A DNA stretch of 64,000 nt. Origin: Chlorobiota bacterium (GTDB lineage: Bacteria > Bacteroidota > Ignavibacteria > OLB7). The stretch spans positions 1,883,788 to 1,947,787 of the forward strand of contig CP065014.1 of assembly GCA_016700335.1 (NCBI GenBank). Reading direction: 5' to 3'. The translations under genes and the position numbers were made by a program. The notes under the pieces were generated by a model, which saw only the letters and a list, made by a program, of their open reading frames with translations, was not told the origin of the DNA and did not search any database. Below, in pieces: positions 29,667 to 38,988 of this stretch; the first letter of the stretch is position 1; each line of letters starts with the position of its first letter.

Positions 29667-30803
29667 TTATGAAATTGCTTGCTCAATATCATTTATCAAG
29701 TCTTCTACATTTTCAATTCCTATAGAAAATCTTACTAATCCATCAGTAATTCCTAATTTATCTCTTGTCTCTTTTGGTACCGAGCCATGTGTCATGGAAA
29801 CTGGATGGCAAAGTAAAGACTCAACTCCTCCTAATGACTCTGCAAATGTGAATATTTTGACGTTAGAACATAGTTTGTTTGCTAACTCAAAAGATCCTAA
29901 ATCAACTGAAATCATACCTCCAAAATTCTTCATTTGTTTTTTAGCCAATTCAAATTGAGGGAATGATTCTAAACCAGGATAATGTATATTTTGAAATTCT
30001 TTTTTTAATGATAAATGTTTAGAGATTTTTATAGCATTTTCACAGTGCTTTTCCATTCTAATAGCTAAAGTTTTTAATGACCTTAATGCTAAGAAGCAAT
30101 CTTGTGGACCTGGAATTGCCCCACATGCATTTTGAATGAATTTTAATTTTTCTGAAATAATTGCATCATTAGTAACAACAACTCCACCAACAACATCACT
30201 ATGTCCACCAATATATTTTGTAGATGAATGAAGTGAAATTGAAGCACCAAGTAATAAAGGATTTTGTAAATACGGACTCATAAAAGTATTATCAACAACA
30301 AAAATACAATCTGAATCTTTAGCAACAATTCCAATTGCAGATAAGTCACAAAGCCTCATCATTGGGTTTGTTGGAGTTTCGGCATAAATCATCTTAGTGT
30401 TACTAGTAATTGCATTCTTAACATTTTCGGGATCTCTCATATCAACATAAACGAATTCATAACCTAATGGCTTTAGTACTTTATCAAACAATCTAAAAGT
30501 ACCACCATACATATCATCACCAGCAATAACTCTATCACCTGGTTTTACAAGCTTCATTACAGCGTCAATTGCAGCCAAGCCACTACCAAAAGCAAAACCA
30601 TTTGTACCTTGTTCTAAACTTGCCATACAACCTTCAAATGCGAATCTTGTAGGATTTTGGGTTCGAGCATATTCAAAGCCTTTATGCTTACCTATACCTT
30701 CTTGTTTGTAAGTAGATGTTTGAAAAATTGGTACATTTACTGATCCAGTTATTTCTTCAGCCTCTTGAGAAGCATGTATTGCTCTAGTTGAAAAGCCTTG
30801 CAT
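29667..30803 (-). CDS. PLP-dependent trans-sulfuration enzyme (cystathionine gamma-lyase/gamma-synthase/beta-lyase family)
   Basis: FSTRAIHA, DNTFMSPYLQNPL and the PLP-lysine motif HSSTKYIGGHSDVVGG. Confidence 0.85.
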   Translation of the reverse strand: MQGFSTRAIHASQEAEEITGSVNVPIFQTSTYKQEGIGKHKGFEYARTQNPTRFAFEGCMASLEQGTNGFAFGSGLAAIDAVMKLVKPGDRVIAGDDMYGGTFRLFDKVLKPLGYEFVYVDMRDPENVKNAITSNTKMIYAETPTNPMMRLCDLSAIGIVAKDSDCIFVVDNTFMSPYLQNPLLLGASISLHSSTKYIGGHSDVVGGVVVTNDAIISEKLKFIQNACGAIPGPQDCFLALRSLKTLAIRMEKHCENAIKISKHLSLKKEFQNIHYPGLESFPQFELAKKQMKNFGGMISVDLGSFELANKLCSNVKIFTFAESLGGVESLLCHPVSMTHGSVPKETRDKLGITDGLVRFSIGIENVEDLINDIEQAIS

Positions 30804-30855
30804 TAGATATATTAATAAAATTTTTTGAACTATTAAGAGTAAATTGTTATTTTAT

Positions 30856-30898
30856 ACAAAAACCCGCAAAGCTCATTATTTATTGCTTTGCGGGTTTC
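30856..30898 (-). terminator. Rho-independent terminator downstream of tRNA-Ser
   Basis: Stem acccgcaaagc (30862-30872) / gctttgcgggt (30885-30895). The A-run on the plus strand gives a U-tract on the minus-strand transcript. Confidence 0.7.
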
Positions 30899-30903
30899 TT
30901 TTG

Positions 30904-30993
30904 CGGAGAGAGAGGGATTCGAACCCTCGGTAAGGATATAATCCCTACGACGGTTTAGCAAACCGTTGATTTCAACCGCTCATCCATCTCTCC
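30904..30993 (-). tRNA. tRNA-Ser (anticodon GCT)
   Basis: 90-nt manual fold: acceptor GGAGAGA/TCTCTCC, anticodon arm ACGGT-TTGCTAA-ACCGT, long variable arm, T-arm GAGGG-TTCGAAT-CCCTC, discriminator G. No CCA is encoded. Confidence 0.9.
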
Positions 30994-31039
30994 GATTTTT
31001 GATTGAAATTATTTTTTAATATAACTAATTTATAAACAG

Positions 31040-31113
31040 TACCGAAGGAGGGATTTGAACCCCCGACACACGGATTATGATTCCGTTGCTCTAACCTACT
31101 GAGCTACTTCGGC
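31040..31113 (-). tRNA. tRNA with CAT anticodon (Met elongator, or Ile2 if lysidine-modified)
   Basis: 74-nt manual fold: GCCGAAG acceptor (G1-U72 wobble), D-arm GCTC..GAGC, anticodon arm ACGGA-ATCATAA-TCCGT, T-arm GGGGG-TTCAAAT-CCCTC. Not initiator-like: no C1xA72 mismatch and no GGG/CCC anticodon stem. Confidence 0.85.
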
Positions 31114-31599
31114 AAAAATACAAGAAAGATTTTAAATTAAAAAAAGGAAATACGAAACAGGTATTCTTAAATCTTGTTTCCTATATCCTAATTTTCTTGA
31201 TATTACAATGGGTGCAAATGGATTCGATTCTAATTTTATTTACAAATCATTAATATTTTTATAAGCCATCTAATAGTATTAATTCCCTACAAAAACTCAA
31301 CGCTACAAGATTACAATACGAAAATAAGACATTTTTTACATTCGCATAAAATTTTTTATTAAAATTGTTATAACTTCAATATTTGAGTTATCTCAACTTC
31401 CAGAATATACTCAACTCCTGGAACTTTTTTTATATTGTGTCTGAACTACCATTTTTACAATATCATTGCTATGAATTTTCAAACATAATATCATATTATA
31501 GATGCTAGTATATTAAAACTATGTTACACAATTAATATTTTTTTTTTATAATTATTGCATTGGTCTTATTTTGTTAGTAATTTTAAACTTGATACTAAT

Positions 31600-31968
31600 T
31601 CAATAATTTATTTGTGTTATGTAATTCAATTCTAAACTCAGGCTTTTATCCAAATTGGTTCGAGTATCACAAATACTAAAACCATCACTATATTTTGGAA
31701 TTTTGTTTTTTACACCATAAAATAATTTTTGTAAAAAATAATTAAATTTAATATCTTTATTGTATTTGGTATATCTCAAAATCCAGTCATCTAATCCATC
31801 ACCATTTATATCACCTATACTACCAGTATTTACTCCCAAGTTTCCCCTTCCCCATATTTGCTTTAACTCTACTGCCTTTGGGTTCGGTTTTATTTTATCT
31901 ATTTGCTGGGCTTTTGATGTGCTTGTTATTGCTAGCATTATTAACATTATTTTTATTGCTTTTTTCAT
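31600..31968 (-). CDS. Short secreted protein with a single FG-GAP/VCBS-like Ca-binding motif (possibly a truncated remnant)
   Basis: Signal peptide MKKAIKIMLIMLAITSTSKAQ. GDINGDGLDDWI is an FG-GAP-type motif. At 122 aa it is far shorter than usual FG-GAP repeat proteins, and it sits in a gene-poor tRNA-flanked region. Confidence 0.4.
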   Translation of the reverse strand: MKKAIKIMLIMLAITSTSKAQQIDKIKPNPKAVELKQIWGRGNLGVNTGSIGDINGDGLDDWILRYTKYNKDIKFNYFLQKLFYGVKNKIPKYSDGFSICDTRTNLDKSLSLELNYITQINY

Positions 31969-32333
31969 AAATTTTTTTTGTTTATACTTTATTTTTTTTT
32001 GGTATTATTTTATTCTATAAAAAAATTCTAAATATTTCATATTTAATCTTGAATTGGATTTACAATAGTAGGAGTTTTTCAATATAATTATTCCATTGTG
32101 ATTCTGTTTTTTGATTTTTGTTTTTGAATCATGAATAAAGTTTGGCGTGATGTTGATTTGTATGTGAGGTATATTACTATTGTATAAGTTTATAGCAACC
32201 TTTATTTAACCATTTGTATCCTTAATAACAAAAGTCATTTGTAATTCTTCATTGAATATCCATTTTTTTTTAACTGTTAATGCAAATGGTTCTTCATTTT
32301 CTGTTATGCATATTTTTATAGTATAAACCCAAT

Positions 32334-32370
32334 AAAAAAAGCGGAACAATTTAGTTGTTCCGCTTTTTTT
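32334..32370 (-). terminator. Hairpin terminator (bidirectional form) immediately downstream of tRNA-Val
   Basis: aaaaaaa-GCGGAACAA-tttag-TTGTTCCGC-ttttttt: a perfect 9-bp stem flanked by an A-run and a T-run. Confidence 0.8.
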
Positions 32371-32395
32371 ATGATTATTTCATTTTAATTATTTG

Positions 32396-32470
32396 TGGGC
32401 GCTGAGGGATTCGAACCCCCGACCCCCTGCTTGTAAGGCAGGTGCTCTGAACCAGCTGAGCTAAGCGCCC
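32396..32470 (-). tRNA. tRNA-Val (anticodon TAC)
   Basis: 75-nt manual fold: GGGCGCT/AGCGCCC acceptor, anticodon arm CCTGC-CTTACAA-GCAGG, T-arm GGGGG-TTCGAAT-CCCTC, discriminator A. Confidence 0.9.
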
Positions 32471-32607
32471 ATTATTCTAAAAAATAGAATGCAAATATAA
32501 ATTTATTCTTTGAATTGAACGAATATAATTTAGATTTATTTTTAAGTTAACTTGAATTTGTAGTTTTTAATCTTAATATTTTATTTGATTTTAAATTATA
32601 ATTTTAA

Positions 32608-33729
32608 TCAAATCTCTTTTTCATATAAAGCATACTTTTTATAAACCTCACCATTCATCATTTCTAAAGAACGATTCATCAATATGTTGTCATCTAAAAT
32701 CCATGATGCTTCTCCCTCAGAATATGGATATTTCTTAGTCATTGCTGTACCAACTTCGTAATACAATATTGAATCAATTCCTCTTTTTTGAAACTCTGGT
32801 AAAACTCCTAAAACTAATATTCTTCCTCTTGTAATATTTTTCTTTTTAAATAACAAACAATAAATTGCACCAATCAAGGAACCTCCTTTGTTGAACTTAA
32901 AAGCTTGGTTGATATCAGGTAATCCTAATGCAAAACCTACAACTTTACCCTCCGATTCAGCTATAACAACAAAATCATCAATAACTATTTGTTTTAAATC
33001 TTCAGCTAAAAAATCAAATTCTTCGTCAGTCATTTTTACAAATCCCCAGTTAGGTTCCCAAGCAGAATTGTAAATTGTTTTTATAATTTTTACATCCTCA
33101 ATAAAATATTTTTTAGGTTTTAATCTTATTTTTCTGACTGTAATTTTTTCTCTAATTCTTACTAGATTTTGTACCCTTTCTAATTTTGGAGAGATAAATT
33201 TATCTGCCATTAATCTGTAAGCAAGTAAAGTTTTTACTTTTTTAAACCCAAAATTTTCAATTAACAAAATATAATATTCAGGATTATAAGTCATTAAAAT
33301 TTGTGGTGAATCGTTAAAGCCTTCAATCAATAACCCAGCTTCATCATTTAAAGAAGGGTTAACGGGTCCCCTAATATGAGTACAACCTTTTGTTTTAAGC
33401 CATTGTTCAGCAGTTTGAAATAATAAATCTGAAACAGATTGATCATTTATAGATTCAAAGAATCCAAAAAATCCAATTTTATCATTGAAAGTGTTATTGT
33501 GATTGTAATTTATAATTGCTCCAATTCTACCAATAATTTCTCCATTATTTTCACAATAAAACAACTCCATTTCAGAATGTTTGAAAAATGGATTCTTTTG
33601 TTTATCTAATAATTTTATTCTGTCAGCTAAAATTGGTGGAACCCAATTGACATCATTTTTATAAATTTTCCAAACTATTTTAATAAATTTCTTAAGCTCA
33701 GAACTATTTGATACAGTAATAATTTTCAT
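32608..33729 (-). CDS. GNAT-family N-acetyltransferase-like protein
   Basis: The C-terminal half has an acetyl-CoA motif-A-like segment, VVGFALGLPD...RILVLGVLPEFQKRGIDSILY. Confidence 0.5.
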   Translation of the reverse strand: MKIITVSNSSELKKFIKIVWKIYKNDVNWVPPILADRIKLLDKQKNPFFKHSEMELFYCENNGEIIGRIGAIINYNHNNTFNDKIGFFGFFESINDQSVSDLLFQTAEQWLKTKGCTHIRGPVNPSLNDEAGLLIEGFNDSPQILMTYNPEYYILLIENFGFKKVKTLLAYRLMADKFISPKLERVQNLVRIREKITVRKIRLKPKKYFIEDVKIIKTIYNSAWEPNWGFVKMTDEEFDFLAEDLKQIVIDDFVVIAESEGKVVGFALGLPDINQAFKFNKGGSLIGAIYCLLFKKKNITRGRILVLGVLPEFQKRGIDSILYYEVGTAMTKKYPYSEGEASWILDDNILMNRSLEMMNGEVYKKYALYEKEI

Positions 33730-33795
33730 ATAAAGTCTTTTGAAACAATAATTAATTTGAAAAAATGTTTTACTCTATAAAACTGCTAATAATAT

Positions 33796-34278
33796 TTATG
33801 AAAGTTCTTTTATTTGATCTGGAGTTAATTTTAAATCATTAGTTAACTTAGATAAAGTTGGTGCCGAAAAATACATAAAAAGTAAGATAATTCCCACAGG
33901 GATTAACAATTTATAATCCGCTGTTAACATAAATCCTACTACACATAGCAACGCCGGGGCTTCTAATAATGCTAGTTTCAAGATAAATGCACCAGTAAAG
34001 ATTGCAAATTTATCTTTGATATTATAACTTTCAATTATAGTATCAATTTTTTTCTTATATAAAATATTCGATAGAAATATTCCAGTTACAAATAGCAAAA
34101 CAGCAATTAATAAAATTAAAGTGCTGGAAATTCCAGTTACTCCAAAAGACTCACCTAAACTTACAAGATATGCCATTGCAATTGCAAATATTAATGGTCC
34201 TGTACAAATTGCTAAGTGCATTATTTTAACAGTATTAAATATTTGCTTTGGTGATTTACCTTCCATTGAATTATTCAT
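33796..34278 (-). CDS. Hypothetical integral membrane protein (4 TM)
   Basis: Four hydrophobic helices; I recognise no family. Confidence 0.45.
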   Translation of the reverse strand: MNNSMEGKSPKQIFNTVKIMHLAICTGPLIFAIAMAYLVSLGESFGVTGISSTLILLIAVLLFVTGIFLSNILYKKKIDTIIESYNIKDKFAIFTGAFILKLALLEAPALLCVVGFMLTADYKLLIPVGIILLFMYFSAPTLSKLTNDLKLTPDQIKELS

Positions 34279-34492
34279 TTATAAATAAAATAATTAATTA
34301 AATTTTTTTTTGAATTTAAGTGTTTAATGTGAACAAGCAATACTTAGATTTAGTCTTAACTACATTGATAATTTTAAAAATAATTTTTTAATTATTAATT
34401 TTTTTATTTCAACTAATATCTTTGATTGAAATTCGTATATTTGCAATCCTTTTTAATAATCATCTGTATAGTTCAATAAATTTTGTTTACTA

Positions 34493-34565
<73 letters not shown>

Positions 34566-34689
34566 CTAAACTTATATTTTATTATAATTTGTTATAATTC
34601 CTTTCATATTCTTACTTCCCGATTTTCACTATTCTAATTTTTTTCAATTGATTTTCAAAATTAATTAAAGTTTTAAATTTATATTCTTT

Positions 34690-36168
34690 ATGATTCATCT
34701 ATTAGCTCAATCAATTTTTCCAAGACTTGAATGTTCCAGATATTTTTACGATAAAGAATATTCCAAATATATAAATAACTTAATTGACGTTAAGAATGTT
34801 GGAGGTTTTGTTATCTTTGATGGTACAGTTGATGAGGTATATATACTAACTCGAGAATTACAAAAAAGAAGTGAGGGCTCATTATTATTTGCAGCTGATT
34901 GTGAAGATGGCGTAACAATGAGGTTTAAAGGCGGCACTGAATTCCCTAACATGTGGGCTTTAGGTTCTATTAACGATTTATCTGTTACTTATACCGTGGC
35001 TCAAAGCATTGCATTGGAAATGAAATATTTGGGTTTACATTGGAATTTAGCTCCAGTTGTTGATGTGAACATTAACCCTAATAACCCTATAATCAATACC
35101 AGATCATTTGGCGAAGATGTTAAGTTTGTAGCTAAGCACACAGAAGCATATTTAAAGGGCATTCAAGATGTTGGCATAATTGCTTGTGCTAAACACTTTC
35201 CTGGTCATGGTGACACAGATATTGATTCACATTCAGATCTTCCAATTCTTAATTTTAATCTTGATAGAATAAATCAAATTGAACTTCCCCCTTTTAAGAA
35301 ATCAATTAGTAGTGGAGTTTTATCAATTATGACAGCCCATTTAAGTGTTCCCATAATTGATGAATCTAATTTACCAGCTTCATTATCATATAAAATCACT
35401 ACTGAATTACTTAGAAATAAATTAGGTTTTAATGGCGTTGTTATTACTGATGCAATGGATATGAAAGCCATTACTAAATCATATTCAAATGGAAAAGCCA
35501 GTTTAATGGCTTATGTTGCAGGTGCTGATATACTTGAAACTATGCCTAGTGCAGAGGATTCTTTAACAAGTTTAATAAAAGGTTTTAAAAATGGACAAAT
35601 TTCAGAAGAGAGGGTTTATGAATCTTCAAATAGAATTTTGAAAATGAAAAAATTTATAACAGAATTTGATTTATCTAATAAAGATAGAGTTTTTACAATA
35701 GAAAATAATTTCAATGTTGCAATTCATACAGCAAAAAAATCTATAAAAATTAGTGGGAAAATAGTTAAGCCAGAATCAAATTCTTTACTACTTGCGTTCT
35801 CAAATAAAGTTAATACTAACAAAGCTGAAGAATGGATTAGTGTTATGTTTGATAGTGCTCCAGAAGCAATTGGAGCTGTTATCTCAGATGATATAAATGA
35901 TAATGAAGTTGAAACTTTGATTCAAGGAATTAAAGAAAATAATTCTGTTATTTTAGGGTTATTTATCAAACCAAATGCATATACTGGAAATATAGGATTT
36001 AGTACGAATCAATTTAAGATAATTCAAGTTGCATTAAATTACAATTGTGCAATTATGAATTTTGGAAACCCATATTTATTAAAAGATGAAATATTTAAAT
36101 ATAGGATTGATGCATATAGTACTTCCGAAGCTAGTATTATTGAGGCTTGCGAGGTTTTTAAAAAATAG
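34690..36168 (+). CDS. Glycoside hydrolase family 3 (NagZ-like beta-N-acetylhexosaminidase) with an extra C-terminal region
   Basis: GH3 N-terminal domain motifs NLAPVVDV and KHFPGHGDTDIDSHSDLP, and the nucleophile region ITDAMDM. Confidence 0.8.
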   Translation: MIHLLAQSIFPRLECSRYFYDKEYSKYINNLIDVKNVGGFVIFDGTVDEVYILTRELQKRSEGSLLFAADCEDGVTMRFKGGTEFPNMWALGSINDLSVTYTVAQSIALEMKYLGLHWNLAPVVDVNINPNNPIINTRSFGEDVKFVAKHTEAYLKGIQDVGIIACAKHFPGHGDTDIDSHSDLPILNFNLDRINQIELPPFKKSISSGVLSIMTAHLSVPIIDESNLPASLSYKITTELLRNKLGFNGVVITDAMDMKAITKSYSNGKASLMAYVAGADILETMPSAEDSLTSLIKGFKNGQISEERVYESSNRILKMKKFITEFDLSNKDRVFTIENNFNVAIHTAKKSIKISGKIVKPESNSLLLAFSNKVNTNKAEEWISVMFDSAPEAIGAVISDDINDNEVETLIQGIKENNSVILGLFIKPNAYTGNIGFSTNQFKIIQVALNYNCAIMNFGNPYLLKDEIFKYRIDAYSTSEASIIEACEVFKK

Positions 36169-36236
36169 ATTTTAAATGATTTATCTTTTACAATTTGAAT
36201 AAAAATTTTGTAAAATTTATTTAAACTAATAGAAAG

Positions 36237-38447
36237 TTAAACATAAGAGTTGATAAGTTTTAATTCAAAACCTGAAACTTCTAACTTTAATCTTTCAAGA
36301 TTTGCGTTTAATGCTGATATTTCAAATTCATATTTTTTGATTTGGGATCCTAAATCGTGATATTCATATTGTTTATTTAACAATCTATTCTCAATAGAAA
36401 CAACATCTTCTCTAATATCTTTTCTATCATTAGATTTGTTTTTCGAGAAAACTATTTTCCCAATAATTCCAGCACAAACAAATAAAAAAAATGGAGCTAA
36501 AATAAAGCTTGCACTTCTTAAAATGTCTTGAGTTTTAACTTCAATTGGAAAAGATTTTACAGTTAAAAGTAGTAAAATAAATATTGCTAAAAAAAACAAA
36601 CTAGTTCTGAATATAAGATTTTCTTTTGAAGTCATTGACCCTGAATTATCTCTTTTTAAATTTCTAAACTCAACTTTTAAGTCGCTCATTGACCTTTCAG
36701 CTTCATTTCGAAGAGTATTATTCATTTCTAAATCAGCGTTAGTTTTAATTATTTGTTTATTAATTTCTTGAATAGAAACTTCTCTTTCATTAATTTCTTT
36801 TTCCAAATAATTTCTTCTCCAAAACCATAATTCTCTAACTTCGTCTAATATTTTTAAATAATTTGTTTTATCAACACACCTATTATATCTTCTTAATTTA
36901 TTTGCAATATCTTCGTTCATACTGAAGATACTATTTTTATTTTCAATTAAATCTGTTGAATTAGAAATCAACTCGCGAACAATATGTGCCTCACCGCCAA
37001 AACACCTTGCAATTGCTTCATCATCAAAATTATGAAAGTAAGCTAATCTTCTAATAAGATGTTTTTCATGATTTTGATATTTTTCAAGAAATGAGAATGA
37101 ATCATAAAAAGACTGAGCGGCTTCTTGAAACTCAATTGCCATTTCTGTACTTTCCTGCCAAGTAGAATCTCTTAAAGAAGTTCTAATAATTTCATAAACT
37201 TCAAACTTTCCTTCTTTTTTTTGACTTGGTTGAACAATTTCACTTGAGTATCTTAAGTAATCATATGCTTCAGTTGCAACCATTTCATTAGGAATACATG
37301 GGAAACATTGTAAAGCATCAGAATCAAACCACTCAAGAAAAGAAGCACATCTAATCCAATTACATTGCTCTGGTGTCTTGTACCAAAATATCCTTTGTTC
37401 TGCTAAAGAATTCATTAGAGCTTTATCATCTCCAATTAAATTATTTTTATTTGAATCAATCCATAGTGAAGCTAAATAGGGCAACCCATGAGTAAGATTC
37501 ATAACATTTTCAATCTCTTGTTTTGAGTTTAACCCAATATCCGATAAATAATTTTTTAATTCATCTTCATTAAATGGTTCAATTCTAACTTCAGTAATAC
37601 CAGTTCTAAATCTATCCCATCTTCTTTCAACATCAGTCATAGTAAGCTTTTCACGACCTGCAATTACAAATCGAACATCAAAAAAATCTCTTATAAAAGC
37701 ATCTTCTGGTAAATATGATGATTTATAAATTTGAAGATCACCAAATCTTTTAGTGTAGAAATAGGGTAATAAAGATTCAAGCAACCAAGGATTTACTAAA
37801 GGAGAAATTTTTTCAAAAGTGTCAATAAAAAATATAATTTTTCTAGGTGCTTCATTATTGGATATATAATCTTGGAGCGACTGCATTTTCTCCAATAATG
37901 GGAAATGAGTTGTCATCATATCAATAATAAAACTTTCAGTTACAACTTTAGAAGTATCAAGAATTAATTTTTGATCATCTGAACTGTTAAATTGATTTTT
38001 AATTGCAATTTCAAGAGCTAATTTTTCATTTTCTAAAACTTTGTAATCTTCGCTATTTTGCAAAGCAAGATTATTATTTCTAAGTTCTCTTAAAACAGGT
38101 ATAACATCAATTCCAAGTTTACCAATAATTTGTAAATATCTTCTTCTACGTGAATCAGTTTCATCTAAATTAAATCTTGGTTTTGCTTTGCCTAATGGTT
38201 TGAATGTTGATGCAAGTGAATAAACAAATTCAGGTAATGTACTTATTGTAATGTCTTCATTTGTAACATAAATTCCATCTGAGTTACCTTCAGAAATAAT
38301 ATTATTTACAACTTCATTAAGTAAAGTAGTTTTGCCAGAACCGAATAGTCCTGAAACCCCTATAATAAGTGACTTATCAGGGGATTCTCTTTTACCTTTT
38401 AATAGGTTTGTAATAGTTCCTAATTCTTTTTTTCTACCTATGAACAA
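36237..38447 (-). CDS. NB-ARC/STAND-like P-loop NTPase with C-terminal coiled-coil, 2-TM hairpin and second coiled-coil
   Basis: N-terminal FIGRKKEL (AAA_16/STAND-type). Walker A GLFGSGKTT (aa 33-41, nt 38325-38351). Walker B IIFFIDTFE (aa ~204-212). Sensor-like RFVIAGRE (259-266). IEPFNEDELKNYL (289-301). GLPLA-like HGLPYLASL (320-328). Two hydrophobic helices at aa ~610-667 (nt 36447-36620) are flanked by heptad-like charged segments. Only a TTG start is available, at 38447; a stop lies 2 codons upstream. Confidence 0.7.
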   Translation of the reverse strand: MFIGRKKELGTITNLLKGKRESPDKSLIIGVSGLFGSGKTTLLNEVVNNIISEGNSDGIYVTNEDITISTLPEFVYSLASTFKPLGKAKPRFNLDETDSRRRRYLQIIGKLGIDVIPVLRELRNNNLALQNSEDYKVLENEKLALEIAIKNQFNSSDDQKLILDTSKVVTESFIIDMMTTHFPLLEKMQSLQDYISNNEAPRKIIFFIDTFEKISPLVNPWLLESLLPYFYTKRFGDLQIYKSSYLPEDAFIRDFFDVRFVIAGREKLTMTDVERRWDRFRTGITEVRIEPFNEDELKNYLSDIGLNSKQEIENVMNLTHGLPYLASLWIDSNKNNLIGDDKALMNSLAEQRIFWYKTPEQCNWIRCASFLEWFDSDALQCFPCIPNEMVATEAYDYLRYSSEIVQPSQKKEGKFEVYEIIRTSLRDSTWQESTEMAIEFQEAAQSFYDSFSFLEKYQNHEKHLIRRLAYFHNFDDEAIARCFGGEAHIVRELISNSTDLIENKNSIFSMNEDIANKLRRYNRCVDKTNYLKILDEVRELWFWRRNYLEKEINEREVSIQEINKQIIKTNADLEMNNTLRNEAERSMSDLKVEFRNLKRDNSGSMTSKENLIFRTSLFFLAIFILLLLTVKSFPIEVKTQDILRSASFILAPFFLFVCAGIIGKIVFSKNKSNDRKDIREDVVSIENRLLNKQYEYHDLGSQIKKYEFEISALNANLERLKLEVSGFELKLINSYV

Positions 38448-38504
38448 TGTTTAGATAATTATTTACAGTTTAAATATAATTAGCAAAATACTAATATTAA
38501 ATAA

Positions 38505-38981
38505 TCAACTTTCTGTATTCTTTTTAAGTATTTTATACAAATATATTACAACTAATACATTTATTACAATTATAGTAACTTTTATTAATGTTGGATTTAA
38601 AACTAGATGATAAAACTCAAAAGGAATCAAACTCGAAGTAGAAATTATTATAAGATATTCCGCCCATTTTTTCTGAAGATAAACTCCAATCCCTTCTGTT
38701 ATTAAAACAATTGAATAAACTATTGCTAAAACCCCAGTAGTTTGTAAATTTCCCTTTTCTAAAAAGGTAAGTACTTTGTTTAAGATCCATTTTATATAGC
38801 TTAGATGTTCAATCATCAATTCTTCTTGAATATTCAATACTATATTTTCAATGTAATTTAGTTTGATGTAAAAAAGAGATGATATCCCAAATACAAGAAG
38901 AAAAATTCCTTTAATAAATTTCCAAATTGCAATATATACCAATCCTTTATCATGTTTAACTTTTGTATCTAAATTTTTCAT
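38505..38981 (-). CDS. DUF2127-family membrane protein
   Basis: Four TM helices. KGLVYIAIWKFIKGIFLLVFG and ITEGIGVYLQKKWAEYL are typical of DUF2127. Confidence 0.6.
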   Translation of the reverse strand: MKNLDTKVKHDKGLVYIAIWKFIKGIFLLVFGISSLFYIKLNYIENIVLNIQEELMIEHLSYIKWILNKVLTFLEKGNLQTTGVLAIVYSIVLITEGIGVYLQKKWAEYLIIISTSSLIPFEFYHLVLNPTLIKVTIIVINVLVVIYLYKILKKNTES

Positions 38982-38988
38982 AAAAAAA

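Noticed and set aside
31211-31230. tRNA T-arm-like fragment ggtgcaaatggattcgattc, considered as a possible att-site remnant of an integrated element
   Set aside because: It does not match the T-arm or 3' end of any of the four tRNAs in the window, and no integrase gene is present. The resemblance to GGTTCGAATCC is weak.
31760-32020. 86-aa plus-strand ORF
   Set aside because: It is antisense to the signal-peptide-bearing 31600-31968 ORF, and its translation is Phe/Ile-rich AT-driven noise.
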